Part shown: piece after piece, positions 8,806 through 17,319 of the stretch
How positions within the stretch are numbered: position 1 is the first letter of the stretch
Layout: each line of letters begins with the position of its first letter
DNA from: a virus
Lineage: Duplodnaviria; Caudoviricetes
DNA: 52,290 nt
Reading direction: 5' to 3' (one strand)
IMG/VR virus record: IMGVR_UViG_3300037628_000403
Span: 1 to 52,290 of that record
Position numbers and translations under genes: made by a program
Notes under the pieces: model-generated
What the model saw: the letters and a program-made list of their open reading frames with translations, nothing else
Databases searched by the model: none
Told to the model about the DNA's origin: nothing

Positions 8806-8841
8806 ATACAGCTAAGCTACTAATTCGTATTAGCTGATTTT
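8802..8841. repeat. Single copy of the extended palindromic element, reverse orientation
   Basis: TTGAATACAGCTAAGCTACTAATTCGTATTAGCTGATTTT resembles the reverse complement of the 5131 unit. Confidence 0.85.
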
Positions 8842-8885
8842 CGACCCGAACCAGTTGCAGCCTAGCCACTCGAATGTTAGGGGGC

Positions 8886-8916
8886 TAGCGCTGCAACTAG
8901 AAATAGGCTATACTCT
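8886..8916 (+). promoter_or_regulatory. Conserved phage promoter for the nucleotide-metabolism/replication operon
   Basis: TAGCGC-17 bp-TATACT; TAGCGCTGCAACTA...TATACTCT is shared with 49319-49349. Confidence 0.7.
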
Positions 8917-8945
8917 AAGTAGAGTATACCACACAAGGGGGCCAG

Positions 8946-9548
8946 ATGTCCGGGGCAAAGCAATGGATAAATACCATCAAAGAGATCGGTTGCGTCGTAA
9001 GATTCAGTCAAGCTCATCTTTCAAAAACAGAAAACGTGCTAGAGCACCTAGGCTTCACCGCTTTGATTGCTCTGCATATATCAGAACGCTTGCGCGATGA
9101 AGGCCACCAACTCGATCAGGCGATGATAGTCAAGGCCGCGTTGATTCACGATTTGGAAGAGTCTATGGTCGGTGACGTTTCTAGGCCAACGAAATATCAT
9201 AGCCAAGAAATGCGGCAATCATTTGCCGAATTGGAATCTGATATTGCTCTGGTTATTTTCAACAGAGCAGAGTGCCCAGGGTTCTATCACCATTGGGTAA
9301 ATGCAAAGGAAGGGCCTGAAGGCAAGATCATGAAGTTTGTTGACTTGCTCGCTGTGCTAACAAAAGTACACGACGAGTCTGTGCTGCGCGGGAACAAAAG
9401 CCTGATGGTAATTGTCCGCTCAGCATTGTACGATGGCGTCAATGTATCACTTAGTGATCTTTGGAGATTGTTCCCAGAGAGCAGGGTGATTGGAGAATAC
9501 TCGGATCATTGTGAAGAAATGATCAACGAATTGAAGGGGCTGAAATGA
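8946..9548 (+). CDS. HD-domain 5'-deoxynucleotidase/dNTPase (YfbR/DatZ-like fold)
   Basis: RF...ENVLEH, AALIHDLEESMVGDV..PTK, KFVD. Confidence 0.85.
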   Translation: MSGAKQWINTIKEIGCVVRFSQAHLSKTENVLEHLGFTALIALHISERLRDEGHQLDQAMIVKAALIHDLEESMVGDVSRPTKYHSQEMRQSFAELESDIALVIFNRAECPGFYHHWVNAKEGPEGKIMKFVDLLAVLTKVHDESVLRGNKSLMVIVRSALYDGVNVSLSDLWRLFPESRVIGEYSDHCEEMINELKGLK

Positions 9549-10642
9549 AATTGAAGTTGATGAACGTGCCGGATCTACATCAGAATTTACACGCTTGGAA
9601 TAACTCGCGTCCAAACGATACGCAAGTAAGTTTGGAAGAGGTTCTTGCTATAGACTTACCAACCAATGAATTCTGTACTCTGAATTTGTTCGTTGAGTCT
9701 ACTATACTGGAGCGTGAGATATTCGCGACAATGCGAAACCATATCATGTGGGCGCAGTCTTCCAGGATACACGATCCACTAAAGTTCGAGATAGATCCAA
9801 ACGCCCCAGAACATCTTGAGGCTTTCTACAAAGGTGTACGCACCTCGATGGAAACAAGAAGTGTTCACGAGAGGCAGGATGATTACCGTCTTGGACTTCC
9901 TTTGCTATCAATGACGAAGTACTCAGTCTCGATCTCATTGCGGATGCTCGTGAAGCTTGGGAACTACTTCGATCACCTCGCAGTCAACACAGAGTTGAAG
10001 GATATTTTTCAAGTAGCATCTGAAGAGATCTATCAAATGATCAAATACCTAGGGTTGGACATAAGCATCTTTCGCAAATACAAGCCCCACAAAATACTGA
10101 ACGAGCATTACATCAAAGTGGATGGAAGCCGCAGGTTTGGAAGTGCCGTTGTAGTTAGCGGGGCACTCCCATTCCACCTACGCGCTCAGCTTGTTCGCCA
10201 CCGTGGGATTAGCTTTGAGGACAACCTGTTCAATCTCTTACAAAGTCAGAAAGTCTTCACCTCTTCATTGAGGAAAGAACTGCACGTTACCATCATGGGA
10301 TCTACCGACAGCTTCAGAGAAATTCTCAGGCGTCGTACATGTTGGATTGCTAACTATCGTGTTTGGGGTGGGTTCCTCGCAAAGATCGAAGAGCAGATTG
10401 GCGAGGGAATTGACCTGCCCTGCACGGATGGAACTTGTCCCTATCCGACGGATGCAAAGATCAGGTATGAAGGCAAAGAGCCAAATCCACCTTGCCCGAT
10501 CTACTGTGATATGGAAAGGCTCCCAATCACCAGAGAGCAATTCAGAGCAATGGATCAGATGATTGACGCGGATCGGCGTCCAAAAAGATTTTGGGATAAC
10601 AAGATGAATCAACTAACGTTGATTGAAGGGGAAGAGTCATGA
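9545..10642 (+). CDS. thyX: Divergent tandem-domain ThyX-like flavoprotein
   Basis: N-half TMR-x7-SSR and DDYRLGLP; C-half RAQLVRHR and ILRRRTC..A; Cys-rich tail. Confidence 0.65.
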   Translation: MKLKLMNVPDLHQNLHAWNNSRPNDTQVSLEEVLAIDLPTNEFCTLNLFVESTILEREIFATMRNHIMWAQSSRIHDPLKFEIDPNAPEHLEAFYKGVRTSMETRSVHERQDDYRLGLPLLSMTKYSVSISLRMLVKLGNYFDHLAVNTELKDIFQVASEEIYQMIKYLGLDISIFRKYKPHKILNEHYIKVDGSRRFGSAVVVSGALPFHLRAQLVRHRGISFEDNLFNLLQSQKVFTSSLRKELHVTIMGSTDSFREILRRRTCWIANYRVWGGFLAKIEEQIGEGIDLPCTDGTCPYPTDAKIRYEGKEPNPPCPIYCDMERLPITREQFRAMDQMIDADRRPKRFWDNKMNQLTLIEGEES

Positions 10643-11064
10643 TAGTGAAGGTCTATATAGCAGCACCATTCTTCAACGAGCGCCAGCTTGCGATTGTATC
10701 GGAAGTTGAGAACTTTCTCACAAGCAAAGGGATTGACTTTTTCAGTCCACGATGCACCGGTACGCTGAAGGATATGTCGAAGGAAAGGCAACAGCAAACC
10801 AAGCGACAAATTTACGATACCAATATCAGAATGATGGATGCTTGTACCCACATGATTGCTTGCGTGGAAGAAAAAGACCAAGGTACCACGTTTGAGATTG
10901 GGTACTACGCTGCTAAGCAAAAGCCAATCGTGCTATTCTCTGAGAAGGTAGGCACGGTGAATGTAATGCTTGCCGAGGCTGCGATGTCTGTTTGTGATGG
11001 CCTTTACCTTTTGGACTCGGCTCTCATCGGTGACTACACAAGCCCACCCGCGAGTTTGACCTGA
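10639..11064 (+). CDS. Nucleoside 2-deoxyribosyltransferase / dNMP N-glycosidase family protein
   Basis: VYIAAPFF, FFSPR, DQGTTFEIGY (catalytic Glu), NVML. Confidence 0.85.
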   Translation: MIVKVYIAAPFFNERQLAIVSEVENFLTSKGIDFFSPRCTGTLKDMSKERQQQTKRQIYDTNIRMMDACTHMIACVEEKDQGTTFEIGYYAAKQKPIVLFSEKVGTVNVMLAEAAMSVCDGLYLLDSALIGDYTSPPASLT

Positions 11065-11354
11065 TGTCGGTCCAAGGAAATTTACGTGAGGCTGCCGAGC
11101 TATTTGAGAATCGCAACCCAGAGTACGGTGACGGCTGGAAGCGATCTCAAAAGCTCCTTGAAGCATTCTTCCCAAATGGAGTTGTGTTGAAAACTCCAGA
11201 GGACATGGCCCGCTTTGCTAACTTTAATATGCTGATCGTCAAGCTGGTCCGGTATGCGACCATGATGGAAGAGGGCGGCCACCTTGACTCCATTGAAGAC
11301 TTGATGGTGTACGCTGCGATGTTGAAGGAGAGGACGCATGGCTCTGTATCCTAA
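11064..11354 (+). CDS. All-alpha nucleotide-modification-associated protein (DUF6378/Nmad1-like)
   Basis: RNPEYGD...KLVRY...HLDSIEDLMVYAAML. Confidence 0.65.
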   Translation: MSVQGNLREAAELFENRNPEYGDGWKRSQKLLEAFFPNGVVLKTPEDMARFANFNMLIVKLVRYATMMEEGGHLDSIEDLMVYAAMLKERTHGSVS

Positions 11355-12177
11355 TGTTCGTCATACCAACTATACAGTTCCAAATTTCTACATTCTTGGA
11401 GCGGCAAAGTGCGGTACTACATCGCTAGCAAAATGGCTAGGCAGGCATCCAGACATCTGCATATCCAGGCCGAAAGAGCCACGCTACTTCACGATGGAAT
11501 ATCACAACGGTCCAGAATGGTATTCCAAAAACTACTTCCCTCATTATGATGGGGAGTATTACATGGGGGACGCTTCAGCGCTGAACCTAATGGTTCATTT
11601 TGTTACCAAGCGGATCAAGGAAACGTCGGGCAGCAACGCGAAGTTCATCGTGTTAGTACGCAACCCGATTCAAAGGGCATACTCTTTTTGGAGCAAGTAC
11701 TCCAGGATGAGGCCAGGCCGCGAAACTGGAACATTTGATGAAGTGATATTGGAAAACTTCAGGCTGCTTGATGATAATATATTTGAGACTGAAGAAGAGT
11801 TCATGGTTACGGCTGATGCCAAGGGTGGAAGTTATCGCCCAACGTACATCGAGCATGGAATGTACGCGACACATATCAAAAGATTTCAGGCCGAGTTTGG
11901 TTTGGAGTCGGTAGGTGTTTGGACGCTCGATCAGTTGTCTGAAAATCCAAAGCTGACGATGAATGAAGTATACAAATTCCTTGGTGTTAAAAACTGGTGT
12001 TTGGATATGAGCCTTGAAGAAGAGAATTGGTCAAGTGCTAAGCGAACAACGGAGTTGCCTTTGGATACAATGCATACAACAACGTATAACGATCTGCAAA
12101 GATTCTATCAGCCAGGGGTGGAAGAGCTAAGCAATATGTTTGGAATCAACTTCTTAGAGCAGTGGGGATTTAAATGA
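11338..12177 (+). CDS. PAPS-dependent sulfotransferase
   Basis: 5'-PSB loop PNFYILGAAKCGTTSL, HP..KEPRYF, 3'-PB motif LVRNPIQRAYS. Confidence 0.9.
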   Translation: MALYPNVRHTNYTVPNFYILGAAKCGTTSLAKWLGRHPDICISRPKEPRYFTMEYHNGPEWYSKNYFPHYDGEYYMGDASALNLMVHFVTKRIKETSGSNAKFIVLVRNPIQRAYSFWSKYSRMRPGRETGTFDEVILENFRLLDDNIFETEEEFMVTADAKGGSYRPTYIEHGMYATHIKRFQAEFGLESVGVWTLDQLSENPKLTMNEVYKFLGVKNWCLDMSLEEENWSSAKRTTELPLDTMHTTTYNDLQRFYQPGVEELSNMFGINFLEQWGFK

Positions 12178-12713
12178 TATTCTGGGATACTGAAACTACA
12201 GGGCTGCTACGGCCGCAAGCGGTTGACGTAGGCTTACAACCTTTCATTACAGAATTGTATTGTGTAAAGGTAGATGCCGAATTCAATTTCATTGACGAGA
12301 TAGATACATTCTTGAAGCCGCCGGTCCCAATAACTGAAGAGATCACAAAGATCACAGGCATCGACGATGCGATGGTTCGGAACGCGCCAAGCTTCATCCA
12401 GATATATGATAAGCTTTGTGACTTCTTTTTGGGCGAGCGGATTCTGATAGCGCACAATAATTCGTTCGACACTTGGGTGCTGAAGGGTGAGCTTGAAAGG
12501 CACGAATTGGAATTCCAATTCCCATATCCTTGCCGCCAAATCTGCACGGTTGAGGCTAGCTTTCCGATTGAGAATAAACGCTTAACACTCGGCAAGCTCC
12601 ACGAGATAGCAACGGGCAGGCCACTCGAAACTTCGCATCGAGCAAAGGACGATACTTTTGCTCTGATACGCTGCGCTCAATGGCTTTGGGAAAAGGGGTT
12701 GATAAATGATTAA
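12174..12713 (+). CDS. dnaQ: DEDDh 3'-5' exonuclease (DnaQ/epsilon-like)
   Basis: DTETTG, AHNNSFD, HRAKDD. Confidence 0.9.
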   Translation: MIFWDTETTGLLRPQAVDVGLQPFITELYCVKVDAEFNFIDEIDTFLKPPVPITEEITKITGIDDAMVRNAPSFIQIYDKLCDFFLGERILIAHNNSFDTWVLKGELERHELEFQFPYPCRQICTVEASFPIENKRLTLGKLHEIATGRPLETSHRAKDDTFALIRCAQWLWEKGLIND

Positions 12714-15534
12714 CTTGGCCCTGAGGACTGAGTATAGCTTCAAGAACTGTTTCGGCCCAATCAAAGCAATTGCCGAAGGGCAATCGGTAGTTGGCATTGC
12801 CGACGTTAACAACACGTTTGGGCATGTTGCTTTCGAGCAGATCTGTATTAAGGCATTTGCAAAGCCAGTCTTTGGTGTTCGTCTAATGGTAGTTGACGGA
12901 GACCTTGATGAAAAAATCAAAAGACATGGTCCAGTCTACATTTTCCTGGCCAAGAATGACGATGGCCTTTCAGAAATAAATGACTTGGTAAAGCAAGCTT
13001 ATGATAATTTCTACTATCATCCGAGGATCAACAAAACGATTCTCAAAAGGGTAAGTGAAAATGTATTTGTAATCACCGACAACTTCACGAGTCCTGATCG
13101 AGTTGATTACATCGCGCTAACTACCACTACTCCAAAAGCAGTGGCTGAATGGGATCTCCCAAAGGTAGCAATAAATTTTAACTTCTATCCAACAGCCGCA
13201 GACAGGGAAGTTTATCAGTTGCTTGCCGGCAGTCGTAATGGAAAGCCGATGTTTGAAAACCAGACATACCCTCAGTATATTTTGGGGGATGATGAGTGGT
13301 CGCGGCTTTGGCCTGATAATCCAGAGGCGCTGGATAACACCAAGAAGATTGCCGATGCTTGTAACGCCAGTTTGAAAAAGTCTGGGATGATTAAATACAA
13401 CGGCAAAATAAATTTGAAGAGCCTGTGTAGAATGGGAGCAAGACGACGCGGCATTGATTTAGAAGGCACGGTGTACGGTGATCGGTTGGATAGTGAGCTG
13501 AAGCTGATTGAGGAAAAGGAATACACCGATTACTTTCTCATCGTGGCTGAAATGGTTCGCGATGCCAAGAAGAAAATGTTTGTTGGGCCATCGCGTGGGT
13601 CTTCCGCTGGATCGCTGGTTTGCTATTTGATAAACATTACTGAAGTTGATCCTATCGAATTCGGTTTGCTCTTTGAGCGGTTCATTGATATCAACCGGCA
13701 CGACCTTCCAGACATTGACGTTGACTTTCCAGATACAAAAAGAAAGTTAGTCATCAAAGACTTAGCAAAGAAACACGGCAAAGATAACGTAGCGCACATC
13801 GCGACAATCTCCAGGCTGAAACCAAAATCGGCAATCGGAGAATTCGCAATGGAGCTTGGTATACCTGCCTATGAAACTGACGCAGTCAAAGACGCGATCA
13901 TCGAAAGGTCTGGTGGTGATGCTCGTGCTGCTATGTGCGTGGCGGATACATTTGAAACTACTGAAGTTGGGAAAGCGTTTATTCAGCAATACCCAGCGAT
14001 GAAATTAGTTTCTAGAATTGAAAGCCACGCGAGACATGCTGGAGTTCACGCGGCTGGTATCCTTGTAAGCAACGATCCAATTACAAAATACGTCGGAGTG
14101 AATACCCGCGACAATGTCGCGATGATGGATGGTAAGGATGCCGAGTACATTAATCTTTTGAAGATCGATGTGCTTGGATTGAGAACGCTTGCTATTCTTG
14201 AAGAGGTGGCCGACATGATTGGGATGAGCTATTCTGATTACTACAAGTTGCCGCTTGACGATAAGAAAACGCTCGACATCTTCAACGACATGCGGCTGTC
14301 TGGGATATTCCAATTCCAAGGGTACGCTCTTCAATCTACAACAAGGGAAATGGGAGTCCATGATTTCAACGACATCGTAGTCATCACTGCGCTTGCTCGA
14401 CCTGGCCCGCTACACTCAGGCGGTACACAATTATATATTAGCAGAAAGATTGGCGAGACGCCGGTGGAATATCTCAGTGATGATCCGGCAGTAGTCAGGA
14501 ATACAAAAGAGACTCTTGGGATTATCATCTACCAAGAACAGCTAATGATGATTGGAAAAGATTACGGTGGATTGTCCTGGAAGGATGTTAGTGCGTTGCG
14601 ACGCGCCGCCTCAAAAAGTCTTGGTGAAGAATTCTTCGGGAAATACAAAGACGCATTCCTGAAAGGCACAAGGTCAAGAGGAATCAAAGATGAAGAGGCA
14701 GTTTCAGTTTGGGAGAACATGGTTACGTTTGGATCTTGGGGTTTCAATAAATCCCATGCTGTATCCTACGCAATGATTTCGTACTGGACTGCTTGGGCCA
14801 AAGCCAACCATCCGTTGGAATTCGCCGTTGCTAATATGAACCATGCGAAAAGTGAAGGTGACGCGGTCAAGTTGCTAAGGGATATGGTTGAGAACGATGG
14901 CATCGAGTATACTGCGTTTGACCCTGACGAGTCAGTTGCAAAGTGGACGGTCAAAGATGGGAAGATGCTTGGCGGATTATTAAGCATACCTGGAATTGGC
15001 CCAAAGAAGGCAGCCGACATTATCAAGAGAAGAAACGGGGCAAAGAATTTCACGCCATCGATGGTAGAGAAACTCATGAACCCCAATACAGTTTTTGAAA
15101 TCCTGTTTCCTTGTAGGCATTTTTGGGGCGACATTTACGAGAATCCAAAACGACACGGGCTTAACAAAGCGCCTGTGATGTTGAGGGATATAACTGAGCC
15201 TGGTACTTACGTCTTCATCGGACGCTTGGTTGATAGGAACCTTCGTGATTTGAACGAGTATCAGTCAGTCGTGAAACGTGGCGGAACAATCATCACGGAT
15301 CATACTTTGTTTCTCAACCTGACTGTTGAGGATGATACTGACTCTATCATCTGTACGATTGATAGGTACAAGTATCAAGAGATAGGAAGAGTGATTGCTG
15401 AAACTGGGAAGATAGACAAAGACTGGTATTTAATCAAGGGCAAGATTCGCGACAAGTGGCGACGAATCAGTGTTCAAGAAATTATGAAACTGGAGGTTGG
15501 AAAACATGGATGTAGACCCGACAACACTGTATAG
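12706..15534 (+). CDS. dnaE: Family C DNA polymerase (Pol III alpha)
   Basis: Degenerate PHP domain, RGSSAGSLV, PDIDVDF, KIDVLGL, GFNKSHA, C-terminal OB fold. Confidence 0.95.
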   Translation: MINLALRTEYSFKNCFGPIKAIAEGQSVVGIADVNNTFGHVAFEQICIKAFAKPVFGVRLMVVDGDLDEKIKRHGPVYIFLAKNDDGLSEINDLVKQAYDNFYYHPRINKTILKRVSENVFVITDNFTSPDRVDYIALTTTTPKAVAEWDLPKVAINFNFYPTAADREVYQLLAGSRNGKPMFENQTYPQYILGDDEWSRLWPDNPEALDNTKKIADACNASLKKSGMIKYNGKINLKSLCRMGARRRGIDLEGTVYGDRLDSELKLIEEKEYTDYFLIVAEMVRDAKKKMFVGPSRGSSAGSLVCYLINITEVDPIEFGLLFERFIDINRHDLPDIDVDFPDTKRKLVIKDLAKKHGKDNVAHIATISRLKPKSAIGEFAMELGIPAYETDAVKDAIIERSGGDARAAMCVADTFETTEVGKAFIQQYPAMKLVSRIESHARHAGVHAAGILVSNDPITKYVGVNTRDNVAMMDGKDAEYINLLKIDVLGLRTLAILEEVADMIGMSYSDYYKLPLDDKKTLDIFNDMRLSGIFQFQGYALQSTTREMGVHDFNDIVVITALARPGPLHSGGTQLYISRKIGETPVEYLSDDPAVVRNTKETLGIIIYQEQLMMIGKDYGGLSWKDVSALRRAASKSLGEEFFGKYKDAFLKGTRSRGIKDEEAVSVWENMVTFGSWGFNKSHAVSYAMISYWTAWAKANHPLEFAVANMNHAKSEGDAVKLLRDMVENDGIEYTAFDPDESVAKWTVKDGKMLGGLLSIPGIGPKKAADIIKRRNGAKNFTPSMVEKLMNPNTVFEILFPCRHFWGDIYENPKRHGLNKAPVMLRDITEPGTYVFIGRLVDRNLRDLNEYQSVVKRGGTIITDHTLFLNLTVEDDTDSIICTIDRYKYQEIGRVIAETGKIDKDWYLIKGKIRDKWRRISVQEIMKLEVGKHGCRPDNTV

Positions 15535-16597
15535 CAAGGACGCGGCTGGGACAATTCGTTTTTGGAGAATTGAGGCGATTGATTTTGAAATCATAATCAC
15601 CCACGGCGTCGTAGGTGGTGAAGAGCAGGAAAAGACTGAAGAGGTTGAGGAAGGATTGGCAGGACGGTCCCAAGAGGACCAGGTGCTTTCAAGAATCAAT
15701 TCTAGGATTGGCAAGAAAAAGGACAAAGGCTATGTTACATCGATTGATGCTGCGGTTGAAGGATCACGTGGGAACGCATTGGGATTAGCCAGGCCGATGC
15801 TTGCCAGGAAATTCAAAGACATACACAAGCGTGATTTGTCCCAGGCCAAATTGGATATTGCTTGCTTCCAGTACAAGTATGACGGTCACCGTTGTTTAAT
15901 AACCAAACAACACGGAAGGGTGATTGCCTACTCCCGCAATGGGAAGTTGATGACTTCCATCGGGCACATCATTGACTCGATGATTATCCCTGAAGGGGTA
16001 ACGCTTGATGGCGAGCTTTATCATCATGGGACGCACCTCCAGACAATTTCCAGTTGGGTGAAGAGAAAGCAAGCGAGCACTCTCAAGCTGAAATACATGT
16101 GTTACGACGCCATGGTGCCCGGGAATTATCTTGATCGCTTGGCAATCCTAGAGACAATCCATCTTGGGGATAATGCGATGTTGGCACCGACCACGGTGGG
16201 TGGGACCACTTACGCGGGAATCAATCTCAAACTTGCCGAGGCAAGGCGCTTGGGCTATGAGGGTTTGATCATCAGGCCTCACGGATACAAGTATGAAGAT
16301 GGCAAGCGTTCAAAAGGTCTTATCAAAGTGAAGACCTGGATGGACGATGAGTTTAGGGTTGTTAGGATTGAGGCATCAGCCGATGGCTGGGCCGTTTTGC
16401 GTTGTGCGTTAAATGACGACACGGGCAGAACATTTGGGGTAAGTGCTCCTGGTGATATGCCAACGAGGGAACGCACGCTAACAAATAAAGAGGACTTCAT
16501 CGGCAAGAGTGTAAAGGTGGAGTTTGCTTGTTACACGGTGGAAAAGAAACCGTTCCACCCAGTAGCAATTTGTTGGCGAGAGAAGGGGGAAGAGTGA
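15506..16597 (+). CDS. ATP-dependent DNA ligase with N-terminal WGR-like domain
   Basis: KYDGHR, LDGELY, GYEGLIIR, KRS..LIKVK. Confidence 0.9.
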   Translation: MDVDPTTLYSKDAAGTIRFWRIEAIDFEIIITHGVVGGEEQEKTEEVEEGLAGRSQEDQVLSRINSRIGKKKDKGYVTSIDAAVEGSRGNALGLARPMLARKFKDIHKRDLSQAKLDIACFQYKYDGHRCLITKQHGRVIAYSRNGKLMTSIGHIIDSMIIPEGVTLDGELYHHGTHLQTISSWVKRKQASTLKLKYMCYDAMVPGNYLDRLAILETIHLGDNAMLAPTTVGGTTYAGINLKLAEARRLGYEGLIIRPHGYKYEDGKRSKGLIKVKTWMDDEFRVVRIEASADGWAVLRCALNDDTGRTFGVSAPGDMPTRERTLTNKEDFIGKSVKVEFACYTVEKKPFHPVAICWREKGEE

Positions 16598-16806
16598 TGG
16601 GGCAACACGCAGACGACGCTATTGAAATGATAGAGCACGCGAATGAATTGGCCGCGTCACACAGGGCAGGCAGGTGCGGAGGGTTTGAAAACGGATGCCC
16701 GGTTTGTGACGGATTGATTAACATGGGCGAGCCCGATGGTGATGAGCCTGACCCGCTAGCACCACGTAGCAAACTGCCTGACGCGTTTTCAAGGAGAAGG
16801 CGATGA
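16597..16806 (+). CDS. Hypothetical protein
   Basis: TGATG coupling to the ligase gene; H...C..CPVC. Confidence 0.6.
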   Translation: MGQHADDAIEMIEHANELAASHRAGRCGGFENGCPVCDGLINMGEPDGDEPDPLAPRSKLPDAFSRRRR

Positions 16807-17063
16807 GTAACTTCAAAAGATCAACAGACGTGGAGTGGGCAAGGTTGGCAAAAGCACTTGGCCGTAGAATTGCCAAGCAACGGGGGATAGGGGATATTTC
16901 CCAACATGAATTAGGGCGACGCACTGGTATTTCCAGGTCATCAATCGCCAACTATGAAACAGGTGTTAACCTGCCAAGTGCAATGCATCTTTTAAGATTG
17001 GCCAGGATGCTCCGCGTCACCACAGATTACCTGTTAGGCAAGGAGGTTGGTGATGGAAATTGA
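16803..17063 (+). CDS. XRE-family helix-turn-helix regulator
   Basis: SQHELGRRTGISRSSIANYETG...P...LARMLRVTTDYLLG. Confidence 0.9.
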   Translation: MSNFKRSTDVEWARLAKALGRRIAKQRGIGDISQHELGRRTGISRSSIANYETGVNLPSAMHLLRLARMLRVTTDYLLGKEVGDGN

Positions 17064-17319
17064 GATCACCCTTGCGTTCAAGGATCTGCGAAACAAGATG
17101 AAGGTCATCGGCACCTGCGAGGGTGGTGAAATGTTCATGGGCAAACCTGATCGCTGGTGGGAGGCCGGTTTGTTCCGCTGCGAGAACGATCACATATCAA
17201 ACCACTTGTTGAAAAGTGACGCGCTAGGGGCAAGCGTTTGTATGTCTTGCTTTGGATTTGTGGTGCTTACCTTTCCGGAAGATGTTGACGGGCCAATTGT
17301 TATACCGGAGGTGAAATAG
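17053..17319 (+). CDS. Hypothetical protein
   Basis: GGAGG RBS; CENDH...CMSC. Confidence 0.65.
   Translation: MEIEITLAFKDLRNKMKVIGTCEGGEMFMGKPDRWWEAGLFRCENDHISNHLLKSDALGASVCMSCFGFVVLTFPEDVDGPIVIPEVK

Noticed and set aside
8946-9548. 2-aminoadenine (Z) genome pathway suggested by the HD and MazG-like genes
   Set aside because: No PurZ/adenylosuccinate-synthetase homologue is evident anywhere in this apparently complete genome
12706-15534. Intein or intron in DnaE (also checked TerL and helicase)
   Set aside because: Lengths are compact and no intein splice motifs or homing-endonuclease motifs were seen; TerL has only a short acidic insertion
16803-17063. Lysogeny module implied by XRE repressor-like genes
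   Set aside because: No integrase, partition genes or divergent cI/cro arrangement; both HTH genes are embedded in co-directional operons
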